IMG/VR virus record: IMGVR_UViG_3300035183_000096
Location: 62,593-126,592 of that record
From: a virus
Length of the DNA stretch: 64,000 nucleotides
Direction: 5' to 3' (one strand)
Under the pieces are notes generated by a model. That model saw only the letters and a program-made list of their open reading frames with translations. It was not told the DNA's origin and made no database searches. A program made the position numbers and the translations under genes. Positions 10,801 through 20,787 of the stretch are shown piece after piece. Position 1 is the first letter of the stretch; each line of letters opens with the position of its first letter.

Positions 10801-13800
10801 CTGAGCCTTTTGCTCTGGACTTATATCGGTTGTCTTACCGACATTCGTAGCACCAACTAATTGTTCTTCGACTTCACCAAGAGTTGCTCCACCGAATGCG
10901 GCAGAACGCACATTTCTAAACTGGCCCGTCAATTCAAAGATAGCCTTACGAATTTCCAAAGGTAGATTTTCTATACCTACTTGTCTTGCTGCTAGTAAGC
11001 CCTTAGCTCCCAAGTTTAATCTCTGTAGTTGTTCAGGGTCAGAAGTCAATAGAGTCTTAGCTAAACTACGACGCTCACCTCTTTCTTGCTCAATAGCGTT
11101 TAACTTCTCAGAAGCAATAGCAGCTTTATCAGCATTCTCCGCCAAGTTACGGAGAGCCTGTCTTGCGTTTGCGGCGGCGTTCTGGAATTGAATTAATTCA
11201 GCAGCAGCTTTAGCAGATGCCTCACTACCAACTGGGGCACTATCCCTTCTCTTTAGAGCTTCTTCGGCCTTTTTTTCATTATAAGCTATAACTTTACTTA
11301 TGGCGACTGGGTCATTGGCCTCAGCACCCTTTAGACCAGTAAGCCTCTCCTGTCCAATTTGGAATGGCCGAGTAAGTTGATTTATAGTTAGAAAATCAGT
11401 AACACTACCTTGACGGCCTTCTGCTCTAGCCTGGAATAATGCGTTGGTTTTAGCAAGAGAAAGTTCAAGGTTGTCAATCTTACCTCTTTCGCTGTTGACA
11501 AGGTTGCCTTGCTTAGCTCCCTGAGCAAGACCCGCATTTAGTCTTCCCGCTTGGTCATACAAAGCTCTTCCCATTTCAGCTAAGGCCTTCTTAAACGGGT
11601 TGAAATCACCAAGAAGTTCTTCGGTTATTTTTTCTGGAGATTCCCTAAGTTTTTCAGCTATATCCTCTGGTTTTGACCCTTCCGCTTTGGATACGATACT
11701 ATCTGTTATTTCTTTAGGTATATTATTAGCATCAAGTTGTTCGCGAAGTTCAATGCCTAGATTTTTTTTACCAAACGCGCTTGATTTAAGAACTGTTGAT
11801 AGTATTGATGGTAGTATTCTTTCGGCTTTATTTAGACCATTAGCGAGTACACCTAATTGATTGTTAGGCACTTGAGCAGTTATGTCTAATATACTTTGAT
11901 TGAAAGCGTCCTGATTAGGAGCGCCAAATTGTCTAATACCTTCCTCTGTGTTTCTAAAAGCTATAGGTGTAAAACCACTGTCGAACTTATCAGTCACTAA
12001 TGTAATCGAACGTCCAAGGTCTGTAACGCTTTGTGACGCCGTGCTGAAAGCCTGAGCCAATCTATTTATGCTTGACAATACATTATTTACTTCGATAGCA
12101 GCATCCTTTCTTCCTCGTTCAATAGATAATGCCTTTGCTTGCTCCCTAAAAGACTTAACAAAGTCATTCAAAACCTTATCAACTGGCACATTCTTTACTA
12201 AGGATATAGAGCTGAGAATGTCTCTATTGTTTATAGCAAAGTTCTTCTTGAAGTTTTCTACTTCCGCATTAAGTTCTTGTTCATTTAATGTTCTAGTAGT
12301 TATCTGTTTAGCGAAGTTAGCTATTTCCTTATTCATCGCTTCAGCAAGAGCAGGTAATTGCAAACCTAATTGTTGTTTTATGTTAGATAGAGTAGTATCT
12401 GCTATTTCTTGATTCTTGGGTCTAAAGTCGTATTCAGTGGCGCTTAAATCACCAAAAGTATTACCACTTATTAAACCAAGGAATCTACTACCAAAAGCCT
12501 TAACTCTATTAAATCCCTCATCAACGAATGTTTGTTCAAATTGCTTACTAGTTTTATTAATAGAAGCATCAACTACTTGTCTTGTTATAGAATTAATAGA
12601 TGCAATATTTCCACCCTTACCAGAGTTGAACTCTTCTAACTGTTGTTGAAATTTAGTAAATGTCTTTTCAAGCTCAACTTCAGCTAACTTTTGATTAGTT
12701 TCCTTAACAGCCTGAGCAAAACCCAATGCGGCACCAGCGGCAGCACCAAAGGCTACACCAATCGGTCCAAACGCAACACCAATACCGGCACCTATACCAG
12801 CACCAGAAAGTGCACCACCAATCCTTTCTTCTCTAACAGCTTGATTTCTTAATGCTTCATTTGGGGCTGTTTCAATAGACAAACCTTTTGTTCTACCAAA
12901 TTGTTCAAACAATACAGACGCGGCGGCTATACCTGTTACACCAGCTACACTGGCTGTTTTACTAAGTTGAGCAAATTTTTGTTTCTTAGCTTCCTTTTCA
13001 TACTTTTTAGCATCCGGCAATGTTGTTCTTGCTTCCTTTAATCTTTGTGCTTCTTCTTGGGCTTTATTTCTACTCCTCTCTATAATATCACGTTGTCTTT
13101 GAACATCAGGTTGACTTTCAAAACTCTTTCTGGCCGATTCTGCCTCACGTTCTATTTTCTGAAAACTAGGTAGGCCAAGTGTAGCCTGTCTTTTGTTGAA
13201 AGCTCTTAATGCCTTCTGTCTATCTACTTCATTGATACCACCCTCTAAAGTGGCTATCTCATCCGGAGTAGCAGAAGCAGCTCTAGCTTTAGCGGCTGTA
13301 AGACCTAAACCTTCTTGCCTTCTAATGGTTGTTATAAGAGTCCTATCCTTCAATTCAGACTTAGCCGTATCTAAAGCAACACCAGCATTAACCAGTCTAG
13401 TGTCAGAAACCTCACGGCTCGCTATATCACGCTCTGCTCTTTTACGTGAGGAGGCAGTATCTTTAAGACCCCTAACAGCACTTCTTTCTTGACGTTCAAT
13501 CTGATATACACGTTTACTTGCCTCATTCAGTGCTTTGAATGCGTTAGTGGTTTCCTTTATACTAGAAACCAAATTAACCATGGTTCCAGCAAGTACGGTT
13601 ATAACAGCAAAGCCCTCTATACCAGAACTAGCCGGAATAGGAGTGCCGCCAGTCTGAAAGCGTTGAACTACACCACCAGTATGATAACGAGGTAATTCAC
13701 CAGTCTGATTCATCTTGTCTAAGTTTTGCTTACCAAGACGAGCCGCACTTTGCTTAGAAAGAACGTACTCACCAGGAGTAAGTAAGGCCGGAACCTCACC

Positions 13801-15966
13801 ACCACTAGCTCTTGATATAGCTCCATATTTTTTATCAATCTCCTTTGGTGGCTTTTGACGAGGCTCGTCAGTCTCTTCTTCTTCGACACCATACCGTCTA
13901 ATAGCTTTGGACAAAACTTTAATTCTAGCTTCCTCGTTATCCGTTAATTTGGCGTCACCATTACTACCCAATGTTCCTGGGAAAATTTTATCAATAGACT
14001 TAGGAACTTTAGGAAAATCAAAGTCTTGATTAGAACTAACAATCTTAGTATTTGCTATAGCTTGTAGTGCTGCTTCAAAGATTCTACCTTGACCTTGAGG
14101 ATTTACAACCTTATCAACTAAATCATCATCTATTTTCTCAACATTTCCACCAAAAACATCATTAGCTATTTGACTTACAGCAGTTTTTACACTGGACCTA
14201 AACTTAATACCCAACTCATTCTCAGCCTTAACAGATGGTCCAACTGTACGCATAGTAGCCGTTGCTTTTCTTGCTTTACCAATTTTCTCGCGTGCCTCTT
14301 CTGTTAGTTTTCCTCTAGGAGCAACAATAGTGGCAAACTCTGAACTACCCTTCTTATTAGGATTTAAGTATAGTAATGATAATCCTCTACCTCCGTCTTT
14401 AGCCCTAACAACTCCACCCTGACCATACTTATTTATGCGCTCTAGCGTACCATAACCTATAGCTTGAGCAGACTGCTTGCGAATGACATATTCACCTGGA
14501 GTTAGGTAAGCTGGAACCGTATCTCCGTCACCAGTTCCAGGTACTATACCACCACCAGCCCTATTAATTGGTCTTCCCAACGTATCAGAACGCCCTAAAA
14601 AACCTGAACCAACACTATTAAAAAACGCTCCTAGAGAAGAGCTTAACTTAACAGCGGCTAAAGCTGTAAGCAAAGGAACAAGTGGTTTAATGGCCTCAAT
14701 TAAGGTTAGAGCATTTTTGGTTGCTGTGGCTAAGAAAGTAACTAGATAGTTAAAGCCTTGAGATTGTACAATAGACCTACCTAGAGCTAAGATTTCTTCC
14801 TTAACTTTAGTAAGTTGAACTATGTAAGCCTCTTGCGCTTGTTTAGCATTAACAGTGAGGGAAATACCGCCGGATTGAGCTACGTTAAGAGCTTTCTGAG
14901 CAGTTTCAAACTCTTGAATAAGTGGCACTACCTTTGAGATTTGACGTATGCCACCAATCTCTTCAACAATGGAAGCGAATCTTGTATCTGTTGTTGGTAG
15001 ATTCTTAAGAGCTATACTTAATCTACGAATAGCTTCATATGGACCTACGAACTTACCTTCTAGGTTAGCATCACCAAGAGAAACAGCTTCTTCTTTCGTT
15101 CTTCTAAGTTGAATGCCGAGCGCCTCAAGCTCTTTAATTGTTTCTGGGCGTTGAATACGAGCAAAGATTGTGCGAAAAGCCGTAGCGATACTTTCAGCGC
15201 TTTCGCGGGTTGTAGCACGAACGCTTGTAAATAGAGCTATTAACTCATTTAAGTCACCACCAGCTACTTTGAAAGCTCCACCAGTACGCTTAATAGCATC
15301 AATCAAGTCCCTAGACTCAACGGCGAATGCACCAGCAACAGCGTTAATAGAACCTAACTGTTCTTCCAAATCGTTGGCTCCTGTCTTGAATTGTTGCATT
15401 ATAGCAACAACACCTTCGGTGGTTGACTTCAAATCATCGAAGTTAGGAGCTAGAGCGGCCTTAGCTAATGCCTCAAGAGAGGTTTGCACATCTTGTGTTG
15501 CTAAACCAGCTTGTTTGAGGACTACGGCAGCGGCCAATAACTCTTTGGAACTCACACCAAGAGTTTTAGATAATCCAGTGATTTCCTTTTCTAGTTGTGA
15601 AATCGTACCGTAAGTGTCTCCGCTAACCTGAGCGAGTCTAACTAATTCGCGCTGGAATTTAACAGCCTCACCAATGGCTTCTTTTAGAGTACCAACAAAT
15701 GTAATAAAGCCACCAGCAGCAATAGTATAAGCTAAAAATCTCTTAGCTGCTATACCAGTCTGCTCACCAAGTTTATATATGGAATCAGTAACCTTATCAG
15801 CCCCATCCTTAATCGCTCTTAAAGATGTGGTAGCGGCAGCAATGTTAGGAGCATCAACTTTGATATTTGCGTTTAAGCCTTGAAGTTGAGACTTCATTTG
15901 AGCCAAAACGGTACCAAGGTTTTGCGGACTGCGTACTATTAAATTAACATAAGCATTCATTGCCAC
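7870..15966 (-). CDS. Tail tape measure protein
   Basis: ~2700 aa, helical and Ala-rich, with a TMP-type N-terminal domain (ELIALFTSVRATTRESAESIATAFRTIFARI) and four VPAxLT/SxGEYV motifs. Probable GTG start at 15966 after a GAGG SD. Confidence 0.9.
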   Translation of the reverse strand: MAMNAYVNLIVRSPQNLGTVLAQMKSQLQGLNANIKVDAPNIAAATTSLRAIKDGADKVTDSIYKLGEQTGIAAKRFLAYTIAAGGFITFVGTLKEAIGEAVKFQRELVRLAQVSGDTYGTISQLEKEITGLSKTLGVSSKELLAAAVVLKQAGLATQDVQTSLEALAKAALAPNFDDLKSTTEGVVAIMQQFKTGANDLEEQLGSINAVAGAFAVESRDLIDAIKRTGGAFKVAGGDLNELIALFTSVRATTRESAESIATAFRTIFARIQRPETIKELEALGIQLRRTKEEAVSLGDANLEGKFVGPYEAIRRLSIALKNLPTTDTRFASIVEEIGGIRQISKVVPLIQEFETAQKALNVAQSGGISLTVNAKQAQEAYIVQLTKVKEEILALGRSIVQSQGFNYLVTFLATATKNALTLIEAIKPLVPLLTALAAVKLSSSLGAFFNSVGSGFLGRSDTLGRPINRAGGGIVPGTGDGDTVPAYLTPGEYVIRKQSAQAIGYGTLERINKYGQGGVVRAKDGGRGLSLLYLNPNKKGSSEFATIVAPRGKLTEEAREKIGKARKATATMRTVGPSVKAENELGIKFRSSVKTAVSQIANDVFGGNVEKIDDDLVDKVVNPQGQGRIFEAALQAIANTKIVSSNQDFDFPKVPKSIDKIFPGTLGSNGDAKLTDNEEARIKVLSKAIRRYGVEEEETDEPRQKPPKEIDKKYGAISRASGGEVPALLTPGEYVLSKQSAARLGKQNLDKMNQTGELPRYHTGGVVQRFQTGGTPIPASSGIEGFAVITVLAGTMVNLVSSIKETTNAFKALNEASKRVYQIERQERSAVRGLKDTASSRKRAERDIASREVSDTRLVNAGVALDTAKSELKDRTLITTIRRQEGLGLTAAKARAASATPDEIATLEGGINEVDRQKALRAFNKRQATLGLPSFQKIEREAESARKSFESQPDVQRQRDIIERSRNKAQEEAQRLKEARTTLPDAKKYEKEAKKQKFAQLSKTASVAGVTGIAAASVLFEQFGRTKGLSIETAPNEALRNQAVREERIGGALSGAGIGAGIGVAFGPIGVAFGAAAGAALGFAQAVKETNQKLAEVELEKTFTKFQQQLEEFNSGKGGNIASINSITRQVVDASINKTSKQFEQTFVDEGFNRVKAFGSRFLGLISGNTFGDLSATEYDFRPKNQEIADTTLSNIKQQLGLQLPALAEAMNKEIANFAKQITTRTLNEQELNAEVENFKKNFAINNRDILSSISLVKNVPVDKVLNDFVKSFREQAKALSIERGRKDAAIEVNNVLSSINRLAQAFSTASQSVTDLGRSITLVTDKFDSGFTPIAFRNTEEGIRQFGAPNQDAFNQSILDITAQVPNNQLGVLANGLNKAERILPSILSTVLKSSAFGKKNLGIELREQLDANNIPKEITDSIVSKAEGSKPEDIAEKLRESPEKITEELLGDFNPFKKALAEMGRALYDQAGRLNAGLAQGAKQGNLVNSERGKIDNLELSLAKTNALFQARAEGRQGSVTDFLTINQLTRPFQIGQERLTGLKGAEANDPVAISKVIAYNEKKAEEALKRRDSAPVGSEASAKAAAELIQFQNAAANARQALRNLAENADKAAIASEKLNAIEQERGERRSLAKTLLTSDPEQLQRLNLGAKGLLAARQVGIENLPLEIRKAIFELTGQFRNVRSAAFGGATLGEVEEQLVGATNVGKTTDISPEQKAQIEALQQIVQDNNKLQIQAQRELVNNLNQANTNFIKDIEEQFKSFLSKLENSQTEVRRADLQQRKIKTEAAISQIENGGIASKKILSEKFGITTDEQINLIRANQSSFTKLKELNESKSRFDEKEIDNILTKLGPIYNRAGRGIEHYKFDDGGGGGVASQLSLATRNPLLAYIYSKINDKDGRVVISESRKPLLTKQLTEAGIPAEVAGKVLEVFERRFVQGGDKFRESLNNPNNLQKLFRESIAEVFQAESSNLTRQIEAQETEIQQRFTSAGQDDLFNRIKSDPSKITRIIDEAGKIGSSLKDLDTQFQALKKTLEVINGAISKLPPEPEKKAAGGIIFKPHGSDTVPAMLTPGEYVVNARAASKHLGLLNKINSGQDVIYASSGGLIDTSIGMIISINLQEKRRKLKEEEDYLNRRLNKKRITYKRPQARLAAEQDIRFKQAVLGEQNILGNTGLPGFDAFVKSSRQAKGNEFENIAERQAKIERILKFSNTPADKSGQIERAKEIRLLETELYFKDQLAKIGNYRKLEVLGTTDEQIGDKLDSEFSKFLKIKKYEDRLKVIKRLEQRFAILRKRNYNSPSYGFVEAGNELFVSDIVDEIGLGRKNKGQQEVRDENKKGQQVLFIHRKSYPETVEDKIAAIEAKENKLRDEFFKLNKTDREMVSERLKELANKKELYLTLQELQNPYKHRYMLTDDDARDFLGILPEEDIQKKIADLRDYERRLVALSNNENITKPGAKLEQQLATVRNNLSKLTDSKNVRFRTSYYSSGPDEPTTAYITTFDEKGNPDAHLIEQELGPLDVVRNYDRKRFARYASGGVVTGHGAGDKVPALLSAGEYVLNKNAVSRIGTANLHKVNYFAQGGSVPIPTGNGGGGLSSAVDSFNTATATLKSVFDSFIGGTQTLAQAMNNFPRQIEGVFTHRMEVLFNGAEVLTRLQPVMKEVAEEAVYQAISSLKNDFDAQGIRISYPNNTGK

Positions 15967-15977
15967 ATTAAACCTCA

Positions 15978-16033
15978 CTAAAAGCAAAAAGCCGCAGCGT
16001 ACCAAGCGTGAGTTCTTGGCGTACTACGACTTA
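15978..16033 (-). terminator. Intrinsic terminator-like hairpin upstream of the tape measure gene
   Basis: Minus strand AAGTCGTAGTACGCCAAG...CTTGGTACGCTGCGGCTT followed by TTTGCTTTT. Confidence 0.5.
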
Positions 16034-16053
16034 ATGCTATCCTAATAGAAGGG

Positions 16054-17031
16054 TTATTCCTTCTTGTTTTCTATCTTAGTCGTCTCTTCTTTAGCCTGCC
16101 TTAACTTAGCCTTTCTTTCTTCCCATTCAATCTTCTTTTTTCTAAACTCTTCTAACTCAGCTTTATACTCATCATCCAGTATGGGCTTACCTTGCTCATC
16201 TACAAATGGTTGTGGTTCCACTAAGTATTCGCCTTCATCCGTAAAAGCATTACCATTTATGTCTATCAAATCACCTTCATCATTTACCGGGCGACCAAAC
16301 TCATCAATTAGTTGCCCTTTACGATTGATTCGTTTGCCCTCTTTATTGATTAAGTTTAACTCATTATCCATAAATCCATACTTAATCAACCATGCGTTTT
16401 CGGGTAAGTCTTTCAGAGAATCACGACGATTACCAAAAAATAGCTCATAGAAAGCTGATGTAGCCTGTTCTATAACTGGATACTCTTTATCATCATCGGA
16501 GCGTTTGTACTGAGCTTTATCGGAGAAATCTTCATAGGAAGAAAAAACTCTTTTATTAGTATCTTCATACACCGTACAGGCGTAGATTAAATAGTTAATA
16601 CGGGCACTACTTGCGCGTCCTTCCGCGGAGTTCATTTCAAGAGATGTGCGAAGGGATGTCATCTCAAATAATTCATTCCTAAGTTCCTGCATTTCAATAG
16701 CAAGACCATAGTATGTATTTTTATCAAACACGCCATGACTTCCCTTTTGCATAGGCTCTGTGCGCCTCTTTAACTTTAACTCACTATCAAATAACTTCCT
16801 TTTAAGTTCCGCAAACCTCTTATCCATTTCCTCAGTCCAAACATTCTGTTCCCTGAGTGACTTTTCCAGTTTAGCGGCTAACGGAATACCCATATCAAGA
16901 CATTCATTATAAGTTTTTGCGTGTACTCTATCACCTTCTTTCAATTCTTCAGCGGTAGGTAATCTAACAACTATCTGCTTATCATTTAGTTTGGCCTTAA
17001 TCGGTACACTTGGTCCTTTAATCTTAGACAT
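16054..17031 (-). CDS. Putative tail assembly chaperone
   Basis: Charged 325-aa protein directly upstream of the tape measure. Confidence 0.5.
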   Translation of the reverse strand: MSKIKGPSVPIKAKLNDKQIVVRLPTAEELKEGDRVHAKTYNECLDMGIPLAAKLEKSLREQNVWTEEMDKRFAELKRKLFDSELKLKRRTEPMQKGSHGVFDKNTYYGLAIEMQELRNELFEMTSLRTSLEMNSAEGRASSARINYLIYACTVYEDTNKRVFSSYEDFSDKAQYKRSDDDKEYPVIEQATSAFYELFFGNRRDSLKDLPENAWLIKYGFMDNELNLINKEGKRINRKGQLIDEFGRPVNDEGDLIDINGNAFTDEGEYLVEPQPFVDEQGKPILDDEYKAELEEFRKKKIEWEERKAKLRQAKEETTKIENKKE

Positions 17032-17033
17032 TC

Positions 17034-17435
17034 CTAGTTACTCCTGTTGCTCTTAATCGGTAAAATATAATTGTACCTCTTCCATGTAATAATATATTCA
17101 TTGATTTCATTTTGAAAAGCTCTTATTTGGTTATTACCAAGATTGAGCATATTTTTACGCGCTATCTGAAATAGCTCATACCATCGTTTTTCTTCCTCAG
17201 TTCTTTCCTCTGGTTTCTTATTTCTTCCCCATAACTCACCAAAGGCTTCTTCCATTTCTGCCACACATCCAACCATACTTGTCTTAATTTTCTTGACACC
17301 TATGTTAGATAAACGTTGCGCAGACCTTTGATTATAGTTATTATCTGAGGAAACTTTCTCTCTTTCCTTGGCCGCTTTTAATAATTGTAGTGATAAATCG
17401 TTTCCCATACTATCCCTTTCCTTTAACTCTGTCAC
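17034..17435 (-). CDS. Hypothetical protein (tail module)
   Basis: ORF in a tightly packed operon; the true start may be the Met at 17408. Confidence 0.55.
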   Translation of the reverse strand: MTELKERDSMGNDLSLQLLKAAKEREKVSSDNNYNQRSAQRLSNIGVKKIKTSMVGCVAEMEEAFGELWGRNKKPEERTEEEKRWYELFQIARKNMLNLGNNQIRAFQNEINEYIITWKRYNYILPIKSNRSN

Positions 17436-18483
17436 TATATGCCTTGGCTATCATTTGTTGTTTCTTAATTATAGCATCAGGCTGGTTTACGACTTCTAAT
17501 ACTCCATGTTCCTCAACCTTCTTCATAAGAGTCTTTTGCTGTGCTTTAGCTGCCGGGTCGTTGGCCGCATACACTCTCTTACGAAGCTCATCATCTTTAC
17601 CTACAACAACAAACACATCACCCGAGTTCTTAATATCCGGGTTAGTAATATGAGATTCTAACCATTCCTTATCTGTTTCCTTACTTCTTTTACGCTTCTG
17701 TATGATAAACCATCCATCAAGAGCATCATCATCATTGATTAACTCTTCTGGTGGACAATTGGGGTGTTCATATATATTATCATACACTTGGGTCCAATAG
17801 ACAAGTGCTTTTTGCTCATCTGTAAGTTCGATTGCTGAGCAAGGAAAAACTCTATCACCTGTGGCCTTCTTGCAAAACCATATACTACGCCACGGCTCCG
17901 TCCTAGCTAACTCACGGAATTGAGCCTCGGTGATTTTATATTTACTAGCGTCATTATTTAATTCGTCAACTATAGCCGGATTAGATGTCCAATAGGTTTC
18001 TGACTCAAACATCTTTTTGCCATCTATAGTGTAAACTGACATGGCAGTAAGATAGCGAGCTTTCTGTAAAAGGGCTAAACCGTTCGCAGAAACATAATCA
18101 TATTCATGGTGTCGTGTGTGTAGTCTGTCTAACTCAAGCTTTGTTTTACGAATTGCTTCCTTAATAGTTAGACGTGAGTTACTATTTATATAGGTATTAC
18201 ACAATGTTACTTTTAGTTCTTCTAAATCTTTCGACAACTTATCAAACTTTGCTTGCAAAACTGGATTCCATATAGCTTTGTTTTCTAAAAATTCCTCAAA
18301 TTCTTCTTCACACTTCGCTCCTTCTGTAAGAGCTTCTGTATATGTTTCTTCATATACTCGTTCCGCCTCATACTTATCCTCAATAGTAGGATGCTTTAAT
18401 ATAAAAGTGCCAAACCTAGTTTTGCATTTTATCTTACCATTAAGAATACGATAAATCATTAACTGACGTTCTGTGTCATTCAT
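17410..18483 (-). CDS. Hypothetical protein, possibly a tail assembly chaperone
   Basis: 357-aa ORF between the tail tube and tape measure genes, with an AGGAG SD upstream. Confidence 0.55.
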   Translation of the reverse strand: MNDTERQLMIYRILNGKIKCKTRFGTFILKHPTIEDKYEAERVYEETYTEALTEGAKCEEEFEEFLENKAIWNPVLQAKFDKLSKDLEELKVTLCNTYINSNSRLTIKEAIRKTKLELDRLHTRHHEYDYVSANGLALLQKARYLTAMSVYTIDGKKMFESETYWTSNPAIVDELNNDASKYKITEAQFRELARTEPWRSIWFCKKATGDRVFPCSAIELTDEQKALVYWTQVYDNIYEHPNCPPEELINDDDALDGWFIIQKRKRSKETDKEWLESHITNPDIKNSGDVFVVVGKDDELRKRVYAANDPAAKAQQKTLMKKVEEHGVLEVVNQPDAIIKKQQMIAKAYSDRVKGKG

Positions 18484-18511
18484 TCCTTACTCCTGTTGTC
18501 CTAAACAGATA

Positions 18512-18547
18512 GAAAAGAGCGGCATGGTTCCTGTACCACGCCGCCCT
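18512..18547 (-). terminator. Intrinsic terminator after the major tail gene
   Basis: Minus strand GGGCGGCGTGGT-ACAGGA-ACCATGCCGCTC-TTTTCT. Confidence 0.65.
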
Positions 18548-18571
18548 TATAATACACCTTAACTCAGATTA

Positions 18572-19783
18572 TTATCCACCTGGATTTATCCAATATGCAC
18601 CACCATTACCTGAACCAGTAAGTGGGAATCTGAAGCTGCTCTTTGGGTCGCCTGTATGTAATACGGTAAAGTCATTAAAGGTAGTGTATGTATATGTAAT
18701 AGTTTGGTTAGAACCACCAGTTTCACCACCACCAATGTTTACACTCTGTAACTTATTCTTCGTACCAAGGTTAATACGAGTGCCTTCACGGGTAGCAATA
18801 CGAATAGACTCGTTACGCAAATTGTTGCCGTCAGAATAAATACCTTCTTCAAGAGCTTCAATAGCATCACCGCTTACGCTTAATACTTCCCATTCGGAAG
18901 TTACTTCTGTTGGGAAACGAACATAACGGAAGTATGGGGCGCGTCTGCCAAGCTCAAAGATTTCATCGCGACCAAAGTTAGAGTTGACTTTAATGTTTTG
19001 AGCGTGTACAAGTCTATCTCCATTTGCATCTAGTAAGTTCAAACCGCTTGCGTTACCTACAATTTGAACTGGAATGTTGGTTGCGTGAGCATATACGGAA
19101 ACACCATTAGCGTCAGTGCCGTAAAATTGATTTGCAGTATATAAGCCACCTGTTGGTACACCAGTGTCCCATAACAAATCTTCACGTCTGTTGACACCAC
19201 CAATACCAACTGGAGCATCTGGGTTATTGAAATATAGACCATTGAAGAAACCAGTTAATACACCAGGACCAGAGCCTCTAGCGCCACCAGTAGAATACAA
19301 CAGCTTGTTATTGCAAACCATGGTTAGACTTTCTGTAAAGTGACCATTAACTGGGAAATTATAGCTTAAAGCGCTAACATAAGCTCCGCTTAACATCATA
19401 GCAGCAACGGCTGTACCGGAAGCATTATCTTGAGTATCTGGAAAGATACCCATAGCTACCATAGCACGAGCATTACTACGGCCAATTAGAGACGGGCTTG
19501 TGCTACCAGTAGAAGTTGCTAAGTGCCATGCTAACGGATAACCGTCAAGTACGCGCTCTACAGTCATTTCTATGTTAGGAATGTTTTCTATATTTTCATA
19601 GTTAGCAAGTTGACCTAACTCGAAAACCTGTTCTAGTCTAAAATCTGTACGAAGACCAGCGCTTTGACCACCGTGCACAACGTGGCTATCGTTGAAGTTC
19701 GTAAATGTGTAGCTAGGATTTGTGCTAGTTGCTGGAGCTATTAGAATCTGTTCAATAGCATAAAACACTCTCTTATTAGCCAT
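18572..19783 (-). CDS. Major tail (tube) protein
   Basis: 403 aa, Gly/Asn/Thr-rich, duplicated (V/I)FELG motif, strong GGAG SD and its own terminator, located after the neck genes. Confidence 0.7.
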   Translation of the reverse strand: MANKRVFYAIEQILIAPATSTNPSYTFTNFNDSHVVHGGQSAGLRTDFRLEQVFELGQLANYENIENIPNIEMTVERVLDGYPLAWHLATSTGSTSPSLIGRSNARAMVAMGIFPDTQDNASGTAVAAMMLSGAYVSALSYNFPVNGHFTESLTMVCNNKLLYSTGGARGSGPGVLTGFFNGLYFNNPDAPVGIGGVNRREDLLWDTGVPTGGLYTANQFYGTDANGVSVYAHATNIPVQIVGNASGLNLLDANGDRLVHAQNIKVNSNFGRDEIFELGRRAPYFRYVRFPTEVTSEWEVLSVSGDAIEALEEGIYSDGNNLRNESIRIATREGTRINLGTKNKLQSVNIGGGETGGSNQTITYTYTTFNDFTVLHTGDPKSSFRFPLTGSGNGGAYWINPGG

Positions 19784-19842
19784 TGTTATTTATCTCCATA
19801 GGAAAACCTATCATCAGGGATACTACTACTTACACCACTTTT

Positions 19843-20787
19843 TTATAATCCTGGGCAATATAACTCACACATACCGCGAACTATCGCTCTATATAATGGA
19901 GGCTCGGATTCTACCTCATATCCTGTTAGGTCCATAAACCTTATTGTTCCCCAAGGATAATCATTAAGCAATTGAGGATACACCTTTGTACCTGACCATA
20001 TTGAGCCGTGTGGTGTTAGTGGAATGCCAGAGTTTTCTTGCATTTTATTGAAGTCAAAACCGCTTATAGTAGTCTCCGTTTGCATGGTTATAATATCAAC
20101 GATTCTATTTCTGTCATATGGCGTTTCCGCAAATATATGCCACTGAACACCTACATAACACCATTTGCCGCCACCTAATTGTAATGGTGTCCACTTCCTA
20201 GAAGGCAACACCTCAACTACTACGGCTGGTAATTGTATTCTATTTTCATCAAATACAGTCTTAAAACCTGAGCCATACTCAAAGAAAGTTGCGTCATCCG
20301 CCCTAAAACTTCTATATGCAATTTCACGAAACCAATCTACGCTTGCTGGTTCAAAACTATAATACTTATGACTAAATTGTGCTGTGACAACCGAGCCGGT
20401 TGGTATAGCATTATCAAATTCTATTCTACCTAAAGGATAGTTTACACTAAAAGCATATGTTCCTCTGGCACCAGTTGGATAAAATGTATTATCTATTTTG
20501 ATACCAGTCACTCTAACTGGTTGATAATCGTAGTTTATACCAGTTTCCCACACCCAATTTTTTCTAAAACCTTCCCACACTTGACCTTGAGAAAACCCTG
20601 GTGCTTCTGCATTTCTAAGTTGAGAAAGGTTCCCACCATACTCACCAGATTCACCATACTCTATATTAGAAAAGCCACCTATATTAAGTTGACACCAATC
20701 AAACCATGCAACAATGTTAGTTTCTAGTTGCATGGAAATTGTACTTTCACCAATATGATTTATACCTTTGAAATTAAGTATCGCCAT
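19843..20787 (-). CDS. Tail terminator/completion-like protein
   Basis: Position before the tail tube gene; LPAVVVEV motif typical of terminator folds. Confidence 0.5.
   Translation of the reverse strand: MAILNFKGINHIGESTISMQLETNIVAWFDWCQLNIGGFSNIEYGESGEYGGNLSQLRNAEAPGFSQGQVWEGFRKNWVWETGINYDYQPVRVTGIKIDNTFYPTGARGTYAFSVNYPLGRIEFDNAIPTGSVVTAQFSHKYYSFEPASVDWFREIAYRSFRADDATFFEYGSGFKTVFDENRIQLPAVVVEVLPSRKWTPLQLGGGKWCYVGVQWHIFAETPYDRNRIVDIITMQTETTISGFDFNKMQENSGIPLTPHGSIWSGTKVYPQLLNDYPWGTIRFMDLTGYEVESEPPLYRAIVRGMCELYCPGL

Noticed and set aside
16054-18483. Programmed frameshift between tail chaperone genes
   Set aside because: No convincing slippery heptamer noticed at the gene ends, and the ORFs appear to have their own starts
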